Below are positions 1-9,065 of a stretch of DNA of 62,651 nucleotides, in pieces. Under the pieces are notes generated by a model. The model saw only the letters and a list, made by a program, of their open reading frames with translations. It ran no database searches and had not been told where the DNA came from. The stretch is from Candidatus Magasanikbacteria bacterium CG1_02_32_51 (GTDB taxonomy: Bacteria > Patescibacteriota > Patescibacteriia > Magasanikbacterales > UBA922). The stretch spans positions 1 to 62,651 of the forward strand of contig MNVC01000012.1 in the NCBI GenBank assembly GCA_001871435.1. The letters run 5' to 3'. The position numbers and the translations under genes are program-made. The first letter of the stretch is position 1. Every line of letters starts with the position of its first letter.

Positions 1-2
1 TC

Positions 3-263
3 AAGAGACTGTGCCAAGAGAATAAGATTGAACAAAGGTTTACTAAGGTTAAACATCCTTATACCAACGGTAAAGCTGAACGTGTTATTAGAACTCTAAT
101 GGAGATGTGGCATAATAAAACTAAGTTTAATAGTAGAGCTCATAGAAAGACAGAACTTATTAGATTTATTAACTGGTATAATACTGTCAAACCTCATAAA
201 GGTCTAAATAATCTCACACCTTTAGAGCAACTTATTAACTATTTTTATCCTAATGAATTATAA
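3..263 (+). mobile_element. 3' fragment of a DDE (rve/integrase-core) transposase gene, IS481/IS3-like, cut by the window edge
   Basis: Frame 3 is open from the window edge to TAA 261-263. It reads ...KHPYTNGKAERVIRTLMEMW...YNTVKPHKGLNNLTPLEQL, the conserved C-terminal end of rve-type transposases. Confidence 0.65.
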
Positions 264-381
264 ACAACGCTTTACTTTCTTACAACTAATGTTATCAATT
301 AAAATATATTTTATCCAGATTTTCTCGGGAAAATAATCTTTTTTACATCTCATTTTTGAGGTGGTTAATTTTACAAAAAAT

Positions 382-759
382 ATGCCAAAAAAAATTCTAA
401 TAGTAGAGGACGAAAAAGCAGAATCAATGGCTTTGGTAGCTCGTTTTAAGATGGAAGGTTTTATTGTTTTAGAAGCTTTTAATGGTGAAGAGGGCTTAAA
501 AATAGCTTTGGAACAGCAACCTGATTTTATTTTGTCAGATATCAAGATGCCAGTGATGGATGGAATCCAAATGATTACCCAGATTCGTCAAAGTGGTGAT
601 TGGGGCAAGACTGTACCTATTTTGATGTTGACAGGAGTAGTAGAGGTAGATAGTATTTCCAAAATTGTTGAACAAGGAGTAAATGATTACATTGTCAAAG
701 GTGCTATGAATTTGGATGATGTCGTTGCTAAAGTAAATGATAAGTTGGCAGGGAAATAA
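382..759 (+). CDS. Stand-alone response regulator receiver (CheY-like) protein
   Basis: KKILIVEDE...DFILSDIKMPVMDG...PILMLTG...DYIVKG receiver motifs. ATG 382 is preferred over the GTG at 361. Confidence 0.85.
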   Translation: MPKKILIVEDEKAESMALVARFKMEGFIVLEAFNGEEGLKIALEQQPDFILSDIKMPVMDGIQMITQIRQSGDWGKTVPILMLTGVVEVDSISKIVEQGVNDYIVKGAMNLDDVVAKVNDKLAGK

Positions 760-778
760 GCAGTTTTTTGTAAATTTA

Positions 779-807
779 GAAAAGTCTAATTTTTTAGGCT
801 TTTTTTA
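779..807 (+). terminator. Rho-independent terminator candidate after the response regulator
   Basis: AAAAGTCTAA / TTAGGCTTTT stem with one G-T pair, followed by a T-run. Confidence 0.45.
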
Positions 808-812
808 AAGAC

Positions 813-840
813 TTGACTTTATTTTCGCATATGTTACTAT
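813..840 (+). promoter_or_regulatory. Sigma70-type promoter candidate of GC-rich cassette 1
   Basis: TTGACT (813-818), 16 nt spacer, TACTAT (835-840). Confidence 0.4.
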
Positions 841-915
841 TCGACTAACCTTTTGTTTGGAGAGTTGCACGTGTGTGTGATGATCTGACCTGGGGAATTC
901 TCAAGTGAAGGAATA

Positions 916-1611
916 GTGATGAAAACGATGAATACGATCTTTTACTGCGCCATCTTCATGTTTGGTTGTTATCAAAGTAGGGACGAGTCTGAGGTTCAGA
1001 CCAAGAACTACTTGATCAACGTCGACATGACGAATAGCGGTGACTTCAGTGCAGTCCTCCCTGATGGCACGTTCTATAACGACATGGAGTCGTTCAATGA
1101 GAACATGGAACCGACCTACGAACAGCTCGCTGACGAAGGCACGGACATCCAGTTCGAGTTCGGCGATAACATCCAGGAGCAGCTCGACATCGATCTGGTC
1201 AACTTCATCCCGTCGCATACTGATGATTCGTCGGACTGTAATAGCAAAGACGGTCTTCAAACGATCGTGAGTCCTTTGTACATCGGAGGCGGGTATAATC
1301 TGACCACATCTTTCGGGTGGAAATATATCGCGGGCTGCATCAAGAGAAACGTCTATCGACTCGCGATTCACCTCAACAAGTACAGCTATCAGGTATTCGA
1401 CTTACATGCCGCCTTCTATAGGGAGAGCGGTAAGGTATGCTTCGGCCTGTACGAAAGCGTCAGTGGGTGGAAGTCATGCAACTGTAACCCTACCTACAGC
1501 CAGATCAAGGGCTGGGTGGTTGAGGTGGCAATCGTCGCGGGCGTCTCGGTGGGAGTGGCCACGATCATCGCCAACATCGTCACGCCACTCATCTTTATGA
1601 TGGCTATCTAG
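916..1611 (+). CDS. Hypothetical lipoprotein with a C-terminal TM anchor, in GC-rich foreign-looking cassette 1
   Basis: Lipobox-like FMFGC near the N-terminus and a hydrophobic C-terminal helix (VAIVAGVSVGVATIIANIVTPLIFMMAI). AAGGA lies 6 nt before ATG 919. G/C-ending codons contrast with the neighbours. No family recognised. Confidence 0.55.
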   Translation: MMKTMNTIFYCAIFMFGCYQSRDESEVQTKNYLINVDMTNSGDFSAVLPDGTFYNDMESFNENMEPTYEQLADEGTDIQFEFGDNIQEQLDIDLVNFIPSHTDDSSDCNSKDGLQTIVSPLYIGGGYNLTTSFGWKYIAGCIKRNVYRLAIHLNKYSYQVFDLHAAFYRESGKVCFGLYESVSGWKSCNCNPTYSQIKGWVVEVAIVAGVSVGVATIIANIVTPLIFMMAI

Positions 1612-1641
1612 TTCAAAACTAGAAAATGTCCGTCGTTTCAG

Positions 1642-1678
1642 TCCTCTTGTCTGTACATTGTATGTATAGACAAGAGGA
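1642..1678 (+). terminator. Hairpin terminator of cassette 1
   Basis: TCCTCTTGTCT ... AGACAAGAGGA, an 11-bp perfect stem. Confidence 0.55.
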
Positions 1679-1712
1679 TCCATCTATTTAATTACTACTA
1701 TGAGTAAGTACT

Positions 1713-2018
1713 ATGTTTTTCAATAAAAAAGCTAAAACTAAAAAAGTCTTCTATATTTTTGAAGGCTGGGTGGATGAGAAAAAAAGACTTGAATTTCACG
1801 GAAGTGTGGATTTTTTGGAACAAGAGGCTGCTGCAAAAAGAATAGTGCCAAATACGCCCGAAGGTCTTATTTTGGTGTGGGGTAAAAGCGGAGAAATTGA
1901 AAATGTCGGAACACCTGCGGGTTCTCGGCTAAAAGTAATTTACCTTCCATACTATACTAATACTGAAGAAATAGAAAAGTTCTTTGCTGATTTAGGACTT
2001 AAAGTTAGACCAGAATAA
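1713..2018 (+). CDS. Hypothetical protein (101 aa)
   Basis: Open reading frame with native AT-rich codon usage. No motif recognised. Confidence 0.45.
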   Translation: MFFNKKAKTKKVFYIFEGWVDEKKRLEFHGSVDFLEQEAAAKRIVPNTPEGLILVWGKSGEIENVGTPAGSRLKVIYLPYYTNTEEIEKFFADLGLKVRPE

Positions 2019-2486
2019 AATTGATTTTTTTAAATTTGTTTACTTCAATACCTAAAAGTATCGTGAGTTACCTTAGTGTGTAAATAGGTATAAAGATATA
2101 TTCTTTCTCCTTTTGCAAAATAGTTCCAACTTCCTCCACGATGGCCTGCAAAATAACAAAAACGTCGTAATGACGTTTTTTTGTATTATAATGATTTAAA
2201 CCAAAAGCAGAAGAGGTTGAAAAATGGTGGAACAGTTTGGTGGAAGCTGATAAGGCTGGTAGATTCCAAATGGAAGTACCATTTTACGTAACTATTGGTA
2301 GGGTATCAAAATAAAATAGGGTTATTTATTTGTATAATTAACTATAATATATATTTATAGTCAATATTTTTAAAGGACCTTTTTTTACTTGATTTTTTTT
2401 GTTTTTTTTGCTATGCTTAGCTTCAAGATATGAGATTATTTTAGTTTATCGTATCTATAGTATCATAGATAAAAAATTAACCTTCT

Positions 2487-4040
2487 GTGATGTTTTATAA
2501 TAAATTTTGTATGTTCAAAAAATCTTTTTTATTCGTTGGTGTTGTACTATCTTTGTTAGTACCTTTTTTGGTTAGAGCTGAAGTTAATAATGATGCTATT
2601 AGCATAAACAATTTTTCAGCAACAATTTTTTCTGATAATTATGTACAGGTTGGCAAAAAAATAATTTTTGATTCTAGTAAGTCTGTTTTACCAAATAATA
2701 TTTCTAATCAAACATATTATTGGAAATTTGGTGACCAAAGTTACGAATATGGTGGGGAAGTTGTTCATAATTATAGTAATATTGGTACTTACAATGTTGA
2801 ATTAGACATTTCTTATACTGATGGAAATGGACAAAGACAAACACTGACTAGTACAAAAGAGATTTTTGTTTATGATACTAGAGCACTGATGATTGTAGAT
2901 GGAAAAAATACAGATGAAATAAATTTGATAGTTGATCAAGCCAAAGAGCAGGGTATTGCTTTGCAAGTATTGTCGCCTGGTACTGAAGAAGAGGTTTTTA
3001 CTTCAGAAGATGTTCTTGTTAAACTTATTGGTGAAAATAATCAGTATGTCAAAAATTCTGATATTATATTATTTTATACTAAGTCTTTGCGTGGTTTACA
3101 AGCCTTTACTCAATACTTTCAGTCTTTGAATGATTTGGATAAAGAATTAGTTCGTAGCAAATTTTTTACAGTAATCACTAGTGGAAATATTTCTGTGGTT
3201 ACTCACGGAGTATATCAAAATTACAAAATTATTAATCCAAGTTATATTTTGTTAACTAGACCAGAGTCCCTCGTGCCAATTTTGAGTATCAAAAAAATAG
3301 ACGACATAGAAACATCGCTTTTTGGTCGTAGTATAGAATTTGTACATGTTGATGGTTCGAGTAGCAAAAACGGTTGGTATGTTTTATCTACTTTGGTCAA
3401 CTACTTTATTGAGAGAGGCGTACCTGCTGACAGTATTTATCTTATTTTAATAATTCCATTTTTGTCTTTTTTAATTATATTTTTTCGTAATGTTGTTGGT
3501 ATTAACACTTTTGGTATATTTACTCCAATTATAGTTACTATTGCTTTTTATATTTTGGGTTTGTCACTAGGATTGTTGACGTTCTTTTTGGCTGTGGTGG
3601 TTAGTCAGATAGTTAAGTATCTTTTTGATAAAGTAGAATTGCTGAACTTATCCAAGGTTGGTTTGAACTTGTCATTTATTTCAATTTCTTTTTTATTTTT
3701 GATTGCTGTTGTCTTAAAATTAAATTTAGCATTATCTTTGACCGCGACAATTTTCCCAATGCTTGTGATGACAACTTTGTCAGAAAAATTTATGGATGCA
3801 AAATTGGAAACTGGTTTTAAGAGTGCTCTTTTTGGAGTCTTAGAAACTTTATTTGTAATTTTATTATCTTATTATTTAATGGTTTGGTCAGCTTTCAACA
3901 ATTTACTTATTTCTTGGCCAGAAATAGTTTTGTTTCCAATTTTCTTTATGTTTTTACTTGGCAAGTTTACAGGTCTTCGTGTTAGTGAATATATTAGATT
4001 TAGAAGTTTATTTTTGAATCATACTGGTGAAGAAGAATAA
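2487..4040 (+). CDS. Signal peptide + PKD domain + C-terminal 7TM module (7TM_transglut/UUP1-like membrane protein)
   Basis: N-terminal hydrophobic signal. PKD-like YYWKFGDQS...VVHNYSNIGTYNVELDISYTDGNG. C-terminal multi-TM block with GINTFGIFTPII, typical of the 7TM partners of RimK-related ligases. The start could be 2490 or 2511. Confidence 0.65.
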   Translation: MMFYNKFCMFKKSFLFVGVVLSLLVPFLVRAEVNNDAISINNFSATIFSDNYVQVGKKIIFDSSKSVLPNNISNQTYYWKFGDQSYEYGGEVVHNYSNIGTYNVELDISYTDGNGQRQTLTSTKEIFVYDTRALMIVDGKNTDEINLIVDQAKEQGIALQVLSPGTEEEVFTSEDVLVKLIGENNQYVKNSDIILFYTKSLRGLQAFTQYFQSLNDLDKELVRSKFFTVITSGNISVVTHGVYQNYKIINPSYILLTRPESLVPILSIKKIDDIETSLFGRSIEFVHVDGSSSKNGWYVLSTLVNYFIERGVPADSIYLILIIPFLSFLIIFFRNVVGINTFGIFTPIIVTIAFYILGLSLGLLTFFLAVVVSQIVKYLFDKVELLNLSKVGLNLSFISISFLFLIAVVLKLNLALSLTATIFPMLVMTTLSEKFMDAKLETGFKSALFGVLETLFVILLSYYLMVWSAFNNLLISWPEIVLFPIFFMFLLGKFTGLRVSEYIRFRSLFLNHTGEEE

Positions 4041-4058
4041 AAATTATTTTTTAAAATT

Positions 4059-6413
4059 ATGAAATTTTTTGAAAGAGCTAATGCTATTTTGGGGATGAAT
4101 GCTCGTAATCTTCATTATGTTGGTCGTTACAATACCAAACAAAGCAAAAAATTTGCTGATGATAAGATTTATACCAAAAATTTTTTGATGACTAGAGGTA
4201 TTGGTGTAGCCAAAATTTATAATGTCCTCAAAATCCATAAGGAGTTAGCTGATATCAACCCAAAAAGTTTACCAGCTACTTTTGTTATCAAACCAAATCA
4301 TGGCTTTGGTGGAGAGGGGATTGTTGTTATCAAAGAACATAAAGGTTTGATTTTTAAAGATGTCACAGGTGTGCAATATCAGTGGCGTGATTTGTACTTG
4401 CATATGGTATCTATTCTTGATGGTAAATATGCTATTTCTGGACTTTCTGATCAAATAATTTTTGAAGAAATGCTTTTTCCTCACAAAGATTTGTATCCAT
4501 TTACAGAAGTTGGTTTGCCAGATATTCGTGTCATTGTTTTTAACTATGTACCAGTCATGGCGATGCTTCGTTTGCCAACTTTTGAATCACATGGCAAAGC
4601 TAATTTACATCTTGGAGGTGTAGGTGTAGGTATCAATATTGCTACAGGCAAAGCCAATTATGCTGTACATCATAATAAATTTATTAGAAAATTACCTAAT
4701 GGTGAAAAAGTTCGTAATATCAAGTTACCAATGTGGGATGAAATTTTAATAACAGCCTCAAAAGCTCAACAGGCTAGTCAAGTTAAATTTTTGGCAGTTG
4801 ACTTGGTTCTTAGTAAAACCGGTATAAAAATTCTTGAGTTGAATGCTCGAGCCGGTTTGGGAATACAAATTGCTAATCAAATTCCTTTGAAACATAGATT
4901 ACAAAAAGTAGAAGATTTGAAAGTTTCTAGTCCTGAAAAAGGTGTAGAAGTAAGTAAAGCCTTGTTTAGTGCTGTTACAAAAAAACCAGAGAAAAAAGCA
5001 AAATCAAAATCTGACAAAAAAATTATTGGACTTTTTGAAGAGATAAATATATTAAATACGCCAAATAGTGCTGTTTTGACTAAGATAGATCCTCATAGTA
5101 ATGAGGTATTGTTTGATGAGTCTTTGGAAGGTCTAGAAAAATTGAAGCGTTATTCTGATGTAGTGATTAGGGGAGAAAGAATAAGATTTCCTTTTAGAAA
5201 AACTGATTTGTCTGCTAGTCCATACAAAGTGGTTATTGGTGGTAAAACACTAAATAATTTTTTGATTGATCCTAAGCTACGAGAAGAGATTGATTCTTCC
5301 AAAACAGTATCTACTACCAAGACAATTTCTGAAAAAATTATTAGAAATATAGATAAAAAACTTTCTATTACTGATAAACAATTAAAAATTTTGTTGCATA
5401 TCAAGCCACTTAATTTACAAGAAGAAAAGAAAAAATTTTTTGCTACCAAAGATTTTTCGCCGCAGTTTATTTATAGAAAACCGGATATTAATTTTACATC
5501 TCTTTTGCGTGAAATAAGTGCTTTACCAAAAAATATCAATCATCCTCTTTATCCTTTATTTGTAAAAAAAATAGATGAAATTATTTCTAAGATTCAATTT
5601 TTGGATGCTGTGGGTACTTCTGATTATACGCATGCCTCACAAGATTTATATGGTATTGTGGACGAGGTACTATTGGAAAAAGCTAAGAAATACATTGTAG
5701 ATAATCCTATTCAAGAGGACAAAAGCAAAATTGTTAGTTCCAAACAAATAATTAAAGATTTTGAATTTGCTTTGCAACAAAATAGACTTAGTAATTGGAA
5801 AATTAAAACTTCTGACAATGTTAGATCTATTTCTGTTGACCCACGTAAAAAAAATATTTTTATCAAAAATACTTCAAAACGTAGTAAAAATCATCTCAAA
5901 GCTCTTTTGGTACACGAAATAGGTACTCATGTTTATCGTTATGAAAATGGTGTTTTGCAAGAATATAAAATCTTTAAACGTGGTACAGCTAATTATTTAG
6001 AGACAGAAGAGGGTTTGGCTATTTATAATCAGAAAAAATTAGGTCTTAGCCTTGGTTTAAAAGATGTTTGGCCAACTTATTTAGTTATTGCTATTTATTA
6101 TGCTCAGAGTATGTCTTTTTTGGAATTATTCAACTTTTTGCAAAAGGAATATAATTTGAGTAATCAAAAGGCTTGGTTGGCTTGTTTTAGAGCTAAAAGG
6201 GGAATGTCTGATACTTCTTTACCGGGTGGATTGACAAGAGATGCTATTTATTTTAGAGGTTATTTGAAAGTAGTTGATTATTTGTCTGAAGATACAGAAA
6301 ATCGTCTAAAAAATCTTTATATGGGAAAAATAAGTATTGTTGATGTAAAATATCTAGAATATTTACCAAATTGGAAAATAAAATATTTGAATTTTGCTAA
6401 GTTAGATTTTTGA
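4059..6413 (+). CDS. Fusion protein: alpha-L-glutamate-ligase-like ATP-grasp (RimK-related) + DUF1704/QEGLA-motif HExxH metallopeptidase-like domain
   Basis: N-terminus GMNARNLHYVGRYN...DDKIYTKNFL...VIKPNHGFGGEGI (ATP-grasp). C-terminus LLVHEIGTHVYRYENG (HExxH) and ETEEGLAIYNQ (QEGLA motif). Confidence 0.75.
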   Translation: MKFFERANAILGMNARNLHYVGRYNTKQSKKFADDKIYTKNFLMTRGIGVAKIYNVLKIHKELADINPKSLPATFVIKPNHGFGGEGIVVIKEHKGLIFKDVTGVQYQWRDLYLHMVSILDGKYAISGLSDQIIFEEMLFPHKDLYPFTEVGLPDIRVIVFNYVPVMAMLRLPTFESHGKANLHLGGVGVGINIATGKANYAVHHNKFIRKLPNGEKVRNIKLPMWDEILITASKAQQASQVKFLAVDLVLSKTGIKILELNARAGLGIQIANQIPLKHRLQKVEDLKVSSPEKGVEVSKALFSAVTKKPEKKAKSKSDKKIIGLFEEINILNTPNSAVLTKIDPHSNEVLFDESLEGLEKLKRYSDVVIRGERIRFPFRKTDLSASPYKVVIGGKTLNNFLIDPKLREEIDSSKTVSTTKTISEKIIRNIDKKLSITDKQLKILLHIKPLNLQEEKKKFFATKDFSPQFIYRKPDINFTSLLREISALPKNINHPLYPLFVKKIDEIISKIQFLDAVGTSDYTHASQDLYGIVDEVLLEKAKKYIVDNPIQEDKSKIVSSKQIIKDFEFALQQNRLSNWKIKTSDNVRSISVDPRKKNIFIKNTSKRSKNHLKALLVHEIGTHVYRYENGVLQEYKIFKRGTANYLETEEGLAIYNQKKLGLSLGLKDVWPTYLVIAIYYAQSMSFLELFNFLQKEYNLSNQKAWLACFRAKRGMSDTSLPGGLTRDAIYFRGYLKVVDYLSEDTENRLKNLYMGKISIVDVKYLEYLPNWKIKYLNFAKLDF

Positions 6414-6492
6414 GAAATACAAATATTGTTTATATTTTACCCATTTTGTAATATATGTTATAATTATCTTTATTAAAGAGATAATTATTTTT

Positions 6493-7869
6493 ATGCCAGA
6501 AAAAGAAATATTTAAAACAGCTTATATTGTTACAGTCGATATGGGTTATGGTCATCAAAGGGCTGTATATCCTTTGCATGATATGGCTCAACAAGTTCCA
6601 GAATTGTCTATGGCAAACCATGGAATTATAAATGCCAATTTGTATGGTGGTATAAATAAAAGTGATCAATTCAAATGGGATACTGGTCGTAGTATTTATG
6701 AAAAAATATCTAGACTAAAGCATTTGCCTGTAGTTGGTAGTTATATCTTTAGTTTTATGGATTATTTGCAACGTATAGAGCCATTTTATCCACAACGTGA
6801 TTTGTCACGTCCTACTTTGCAGGTAAAACAAATTTTTGGCATGATCAAAAATGGTTGGGGAAAAGATTTAATAGACAAACTTAACAAATTAGAACATTTA
6901 CCTTTTGTTACTTCATTTTTTACCACAGCTTTTTTTGCTGAAGAACACAATTATAAAGGTGATATCTATTGTATTTGTACAGATACTGATATTAGTCGAG
7001 CTTGGGCACCATTAGAACCAAAGCTTAGCCGTATCAATTATTTAGTACCTACAAGAAGAGTCAAAGAGAGATTAGAATCTTATGGTATCAAAAAGGACAA
7101 AATATTTATTACTGGTTTTCCTTTGCCAAAAGAAAATATTGGTGGTCCAAAATTAGAAATTTTAAAAAGTAGTTTGGCCAAACGTATTGTCAATTTGGAT
7201 ACAGAAGGTCGTTATCGTTCCAAATACAAATATACTATGACCAAATTTTTGGGCACAAATCTTTGTTCAACAAAATTTAAATCTGACCATCCTTTGACTA
7301 TTACTTTTGCAGTAGGTGGGGCTGGTGCTCAGCGTGAATTGGGAGCTGAAATTGCGGGTAGTCTGAGAGAAGAAATTTCTAAAGGAAAAATATGCTTAAA
7401 TTTAGTTTCTGGCATACGAAATGATGTTTTTCGTTATTATCAAGCAGTATTTCAAGATTTGGGTTTGTCTGACAAAATAAATAAAAATATTTTTCTTATT
7501 TATTCAGCAGAATCAAAATTTGATTATTTTTCAAAATTTAATAGTGTACTTAATACTACAGACATTTTGTGGAGTAAGCCTAGTGAACTATCTTTTTATG
7601 CTGGTTTGGGATTACCAATTATTATTGCTCCAACTATTGGTTCACAAGAAGAATTCAACAAAGATTGGTTGACTTCAATTGGGGCTGGTGTGATGCAAGA
7701 AGATCCAAGATATACTAATGAATGGCTCAAAGATTGGTTGGCTTCTGGTTGGTTGGCTGATGCTGCTATGAATGGTTTTCTCAATGCTCCTCGTAATGGT
7801 ACTTATCATGTAGAAGATATTGTCTTGCGTAACAAGAGAAGTGAAATAGAAGATATGCACTTGTTTTAG
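6493..7869 (+). CDS. GT-B glycosyltransferase, GT28 UgtP/MGDG-synthase-like
   Basis: N-terminal VDMGYGHQRA, central AVGGAGAQRE, C-terminal SKPSELSFYAGLGLPIIIAPTIGSQEEFN. This resembles the UgtP KPGG...PGQEKEN pattern. Confidence 0.55.
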   Translation: MPEKEIFKTAYIVTVDMGYGHQRAVYPLHDMAQQVPELSMANHGIINANLYGGINKSDQFKWDTGRSIYEKISRLKHLPVVGSYIFSFMDYLQRIEPFYPQRDLSRPTLQVKQIFGMIKNGWGKDLIDKLNKLEHLPFVTSFFTTAFFAEEHNYKGDIYCICTDTDISRAWAPLEPKLSRINYLVPTRRVKERLESYGIKKDKIFITGFPLPKENIGGPKLEILKSSLAKRIVNLDTEGRYRSKYKYTMTKFLGTNLCSTKFKSDHPLTITFAVGGAGAQRELGAEIAGSLREEISKGKICLNLVSGIRNDVFRYYQAVFQDLGLSDKINKNIFLIYSAESKFDYFSKFNSVLNTTDILWSKPSELSFYAGLGLPIIIAPTIGSQEEFNKDWLTSIGAGVMQEDPRYTNEWLKDWLASGWLADAAMNGFLNAPRNGTYHVEDIVLRNKRSEIEDMHLF

Positions 7870-7990
7870 GTTTGTTTGTACAGTTATAAAAATGTATTTT
7901 TAATAAATTGTAGACTTTATAATTTAAAAAAGAAAATTCCAAAATCCAAATAACAAATTTCAAATTTTATATTTGTGGTTTGTATATTAT

Positions 7991-8012
7991 TCCTCCCAAG
8001 GCGGACAAGTTG
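7991..8012. repeat. GC-hairpin repeat (family A core), flanked by AT-rich arms
   Basis: TCCTCCCAAGGCGGACAAGTTGG. A 12-bp inverted repeat CAAAATCCAAAT/ATTTGGATTTTG lies on either side. Confidence 0.6.
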
Positions 8013-8046
8013 GAATTTGGATTTTGTTATTTGTTATTTTGATATT

Positions 8047-8961
8047 ATGCTCTGGTTTATAATAGCACTTGTTGGATATGTATGCTTTGCCATAATTTTT
8101 ATTTTGGACAAAATTATTGTTAGTGAAAAATTGAGTGAACCAATAATTTATACATTTTACTCTACTATTTTTATGTTTGGGGCTTTGTTGGCTCTACCTT
8201 TTTTGGGATTTCCAGTGTTAATAGGTATTGATTGGTTATGGGCTTCTATATCTGGTTTGACTTTTGGTTTTGGTCTGTGGACACTTTTTATAGCTTTGAA
8301 AAATAATGAAACTACCCATATTTCGCCTTTTAATGGTGCGTTCGTTACTGTTTTTGTTTATCTTTTTTCTAGTTTATTTTTGGGAGAACAATTGACTGGT
8401 TTAAAACAAGTGGCGGTGATTGTTTTAGTTTGTTCAGCTTTTCTTTTGTCTTTTGAAAAAGTTCGTAATAGTGCCAGTCGTTTCCATAAAGGATTTATTT
8501 GGGCGATTCTTTCAGGTTTGTTTTTCGCTATTTCTCATGTGAGTGCTAAGTATCTTTATAATATTTATCCATTTTGGACTGCTTTCGTTTGGACTAGAGC
8601 TACTACTGGACTAGTAGGAATTTTTACATTGTTTTTCCCTGCTGTTTATCTTAGTTTTAGGAAAACAGAAAAAACAGCAGATATAACCAATAAAAACAAA
8701 AATACTACTATACTTATCATTGTGGACAAATTATTGGCTATTGTGGGTGTAGTGGCTATCCAGTATGCGATTGCGATTGGTAGTGTCACTGTTGTCAATG
8801 CTTTGGTGGGTGTACAATATATCTTAATGTTTTTGTTAGTTTTTTTATTGACAAAATTTGCACCAAAATTATTTAAAGAATATTTTACTAAAAAAGAATT
8901 ATTTGTTGAAATTGTAGCTATTATTTTGGTAGTGTTTGGTACAGCTTTATTTGTTTTTTAA
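8047..8961 (+). CDS. EamA/DMT-family transporter (about 10 TM)
   Basis: Two repeated 5-TM halves, very hydrophobic. ATG 8047 is preferred because the 5' part of ORF 7975 is repeat sequence. Confidence 0.65.
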   Translation: MLWFIIALVGYVCFAIIFILDKIIVSEKLSEPIIYTFYSTIFMFGALLALPFLGFPVLIGIDWLWASISGLTFGFGLWTLFIALKNNETTHISPFNGAFVTVFVYLFSSLFLGEQLTGLKQVAVIVLVCSAFLLSFEKVRNSASRFHKGFIWAILSGLFFAISHVSAKYLYNIYPFWTAFVWTRATTGLVGIFTLFFPAVYLSFRKTEKTADITNKNKNTTILIIVDKLLAIVGVVAIQYAIAIGSVTVVNALVGVQYILMFLLVFLLTKFAPKLFKEYFTKKELFVEIVAIILVVFGTALFVF

Positions 8962-8962
8962 C

Positions 8963-8995
8963 CCCAGCCTTTCGCGAAAGGCAGGACAAGTATCT
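8963..8995. repeat. Family A variant hairpin after the EamA gene
   Basis: CCAGCCTTTCGCGAAAGGCAGGACAAG. It contains the palindrome GCCTTTCGCGAAAGGC and ends in GGACAAG like family A. Confidence 0.45.
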
Positions 8996-9065
8996 TTCAT
9001 TGCAGTTTGATGCAAAGATAATATAATAGATACCTTGTGAGTTTAATGTATTGTAGTTAATTCTT

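Noticed and set aside
901-1683. Additional ORFs overlapping cassette 1 (901-1371 minus, 1040-1270 plus, 1406-1600 plus, 1474-1683 minus)
   Set aside because: These are shadow ORFs, typical of GC-richer DNA. Only 916-1611 has a promoter, a ribosome binding site, a signal/lipobox and a downstream terminator.
2185-2320. Possible gene remnant (frame reading PKAEEVEKWWNSLVEADKAGRFQMEVPFYVTIGRVSK) and an orphan hairpin AAAAACGTC-gtaat-GACGTTTTT at 2158-2182
   Set aside because: The frame has no start codon and is short, with no recognisable family. It may be a decayed gene fragment, but this cannot be supported from sequence alone.
7975-8046. N-terminal extensions in the ORF track (7975, 19624, 24771, 28912, 31650, 41798, 54654, 59362)
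   Set aside because: The extra 5' codons are translated from repeat or spacer sequence. Internal Met codons give N-termini that match the conserved family starts.
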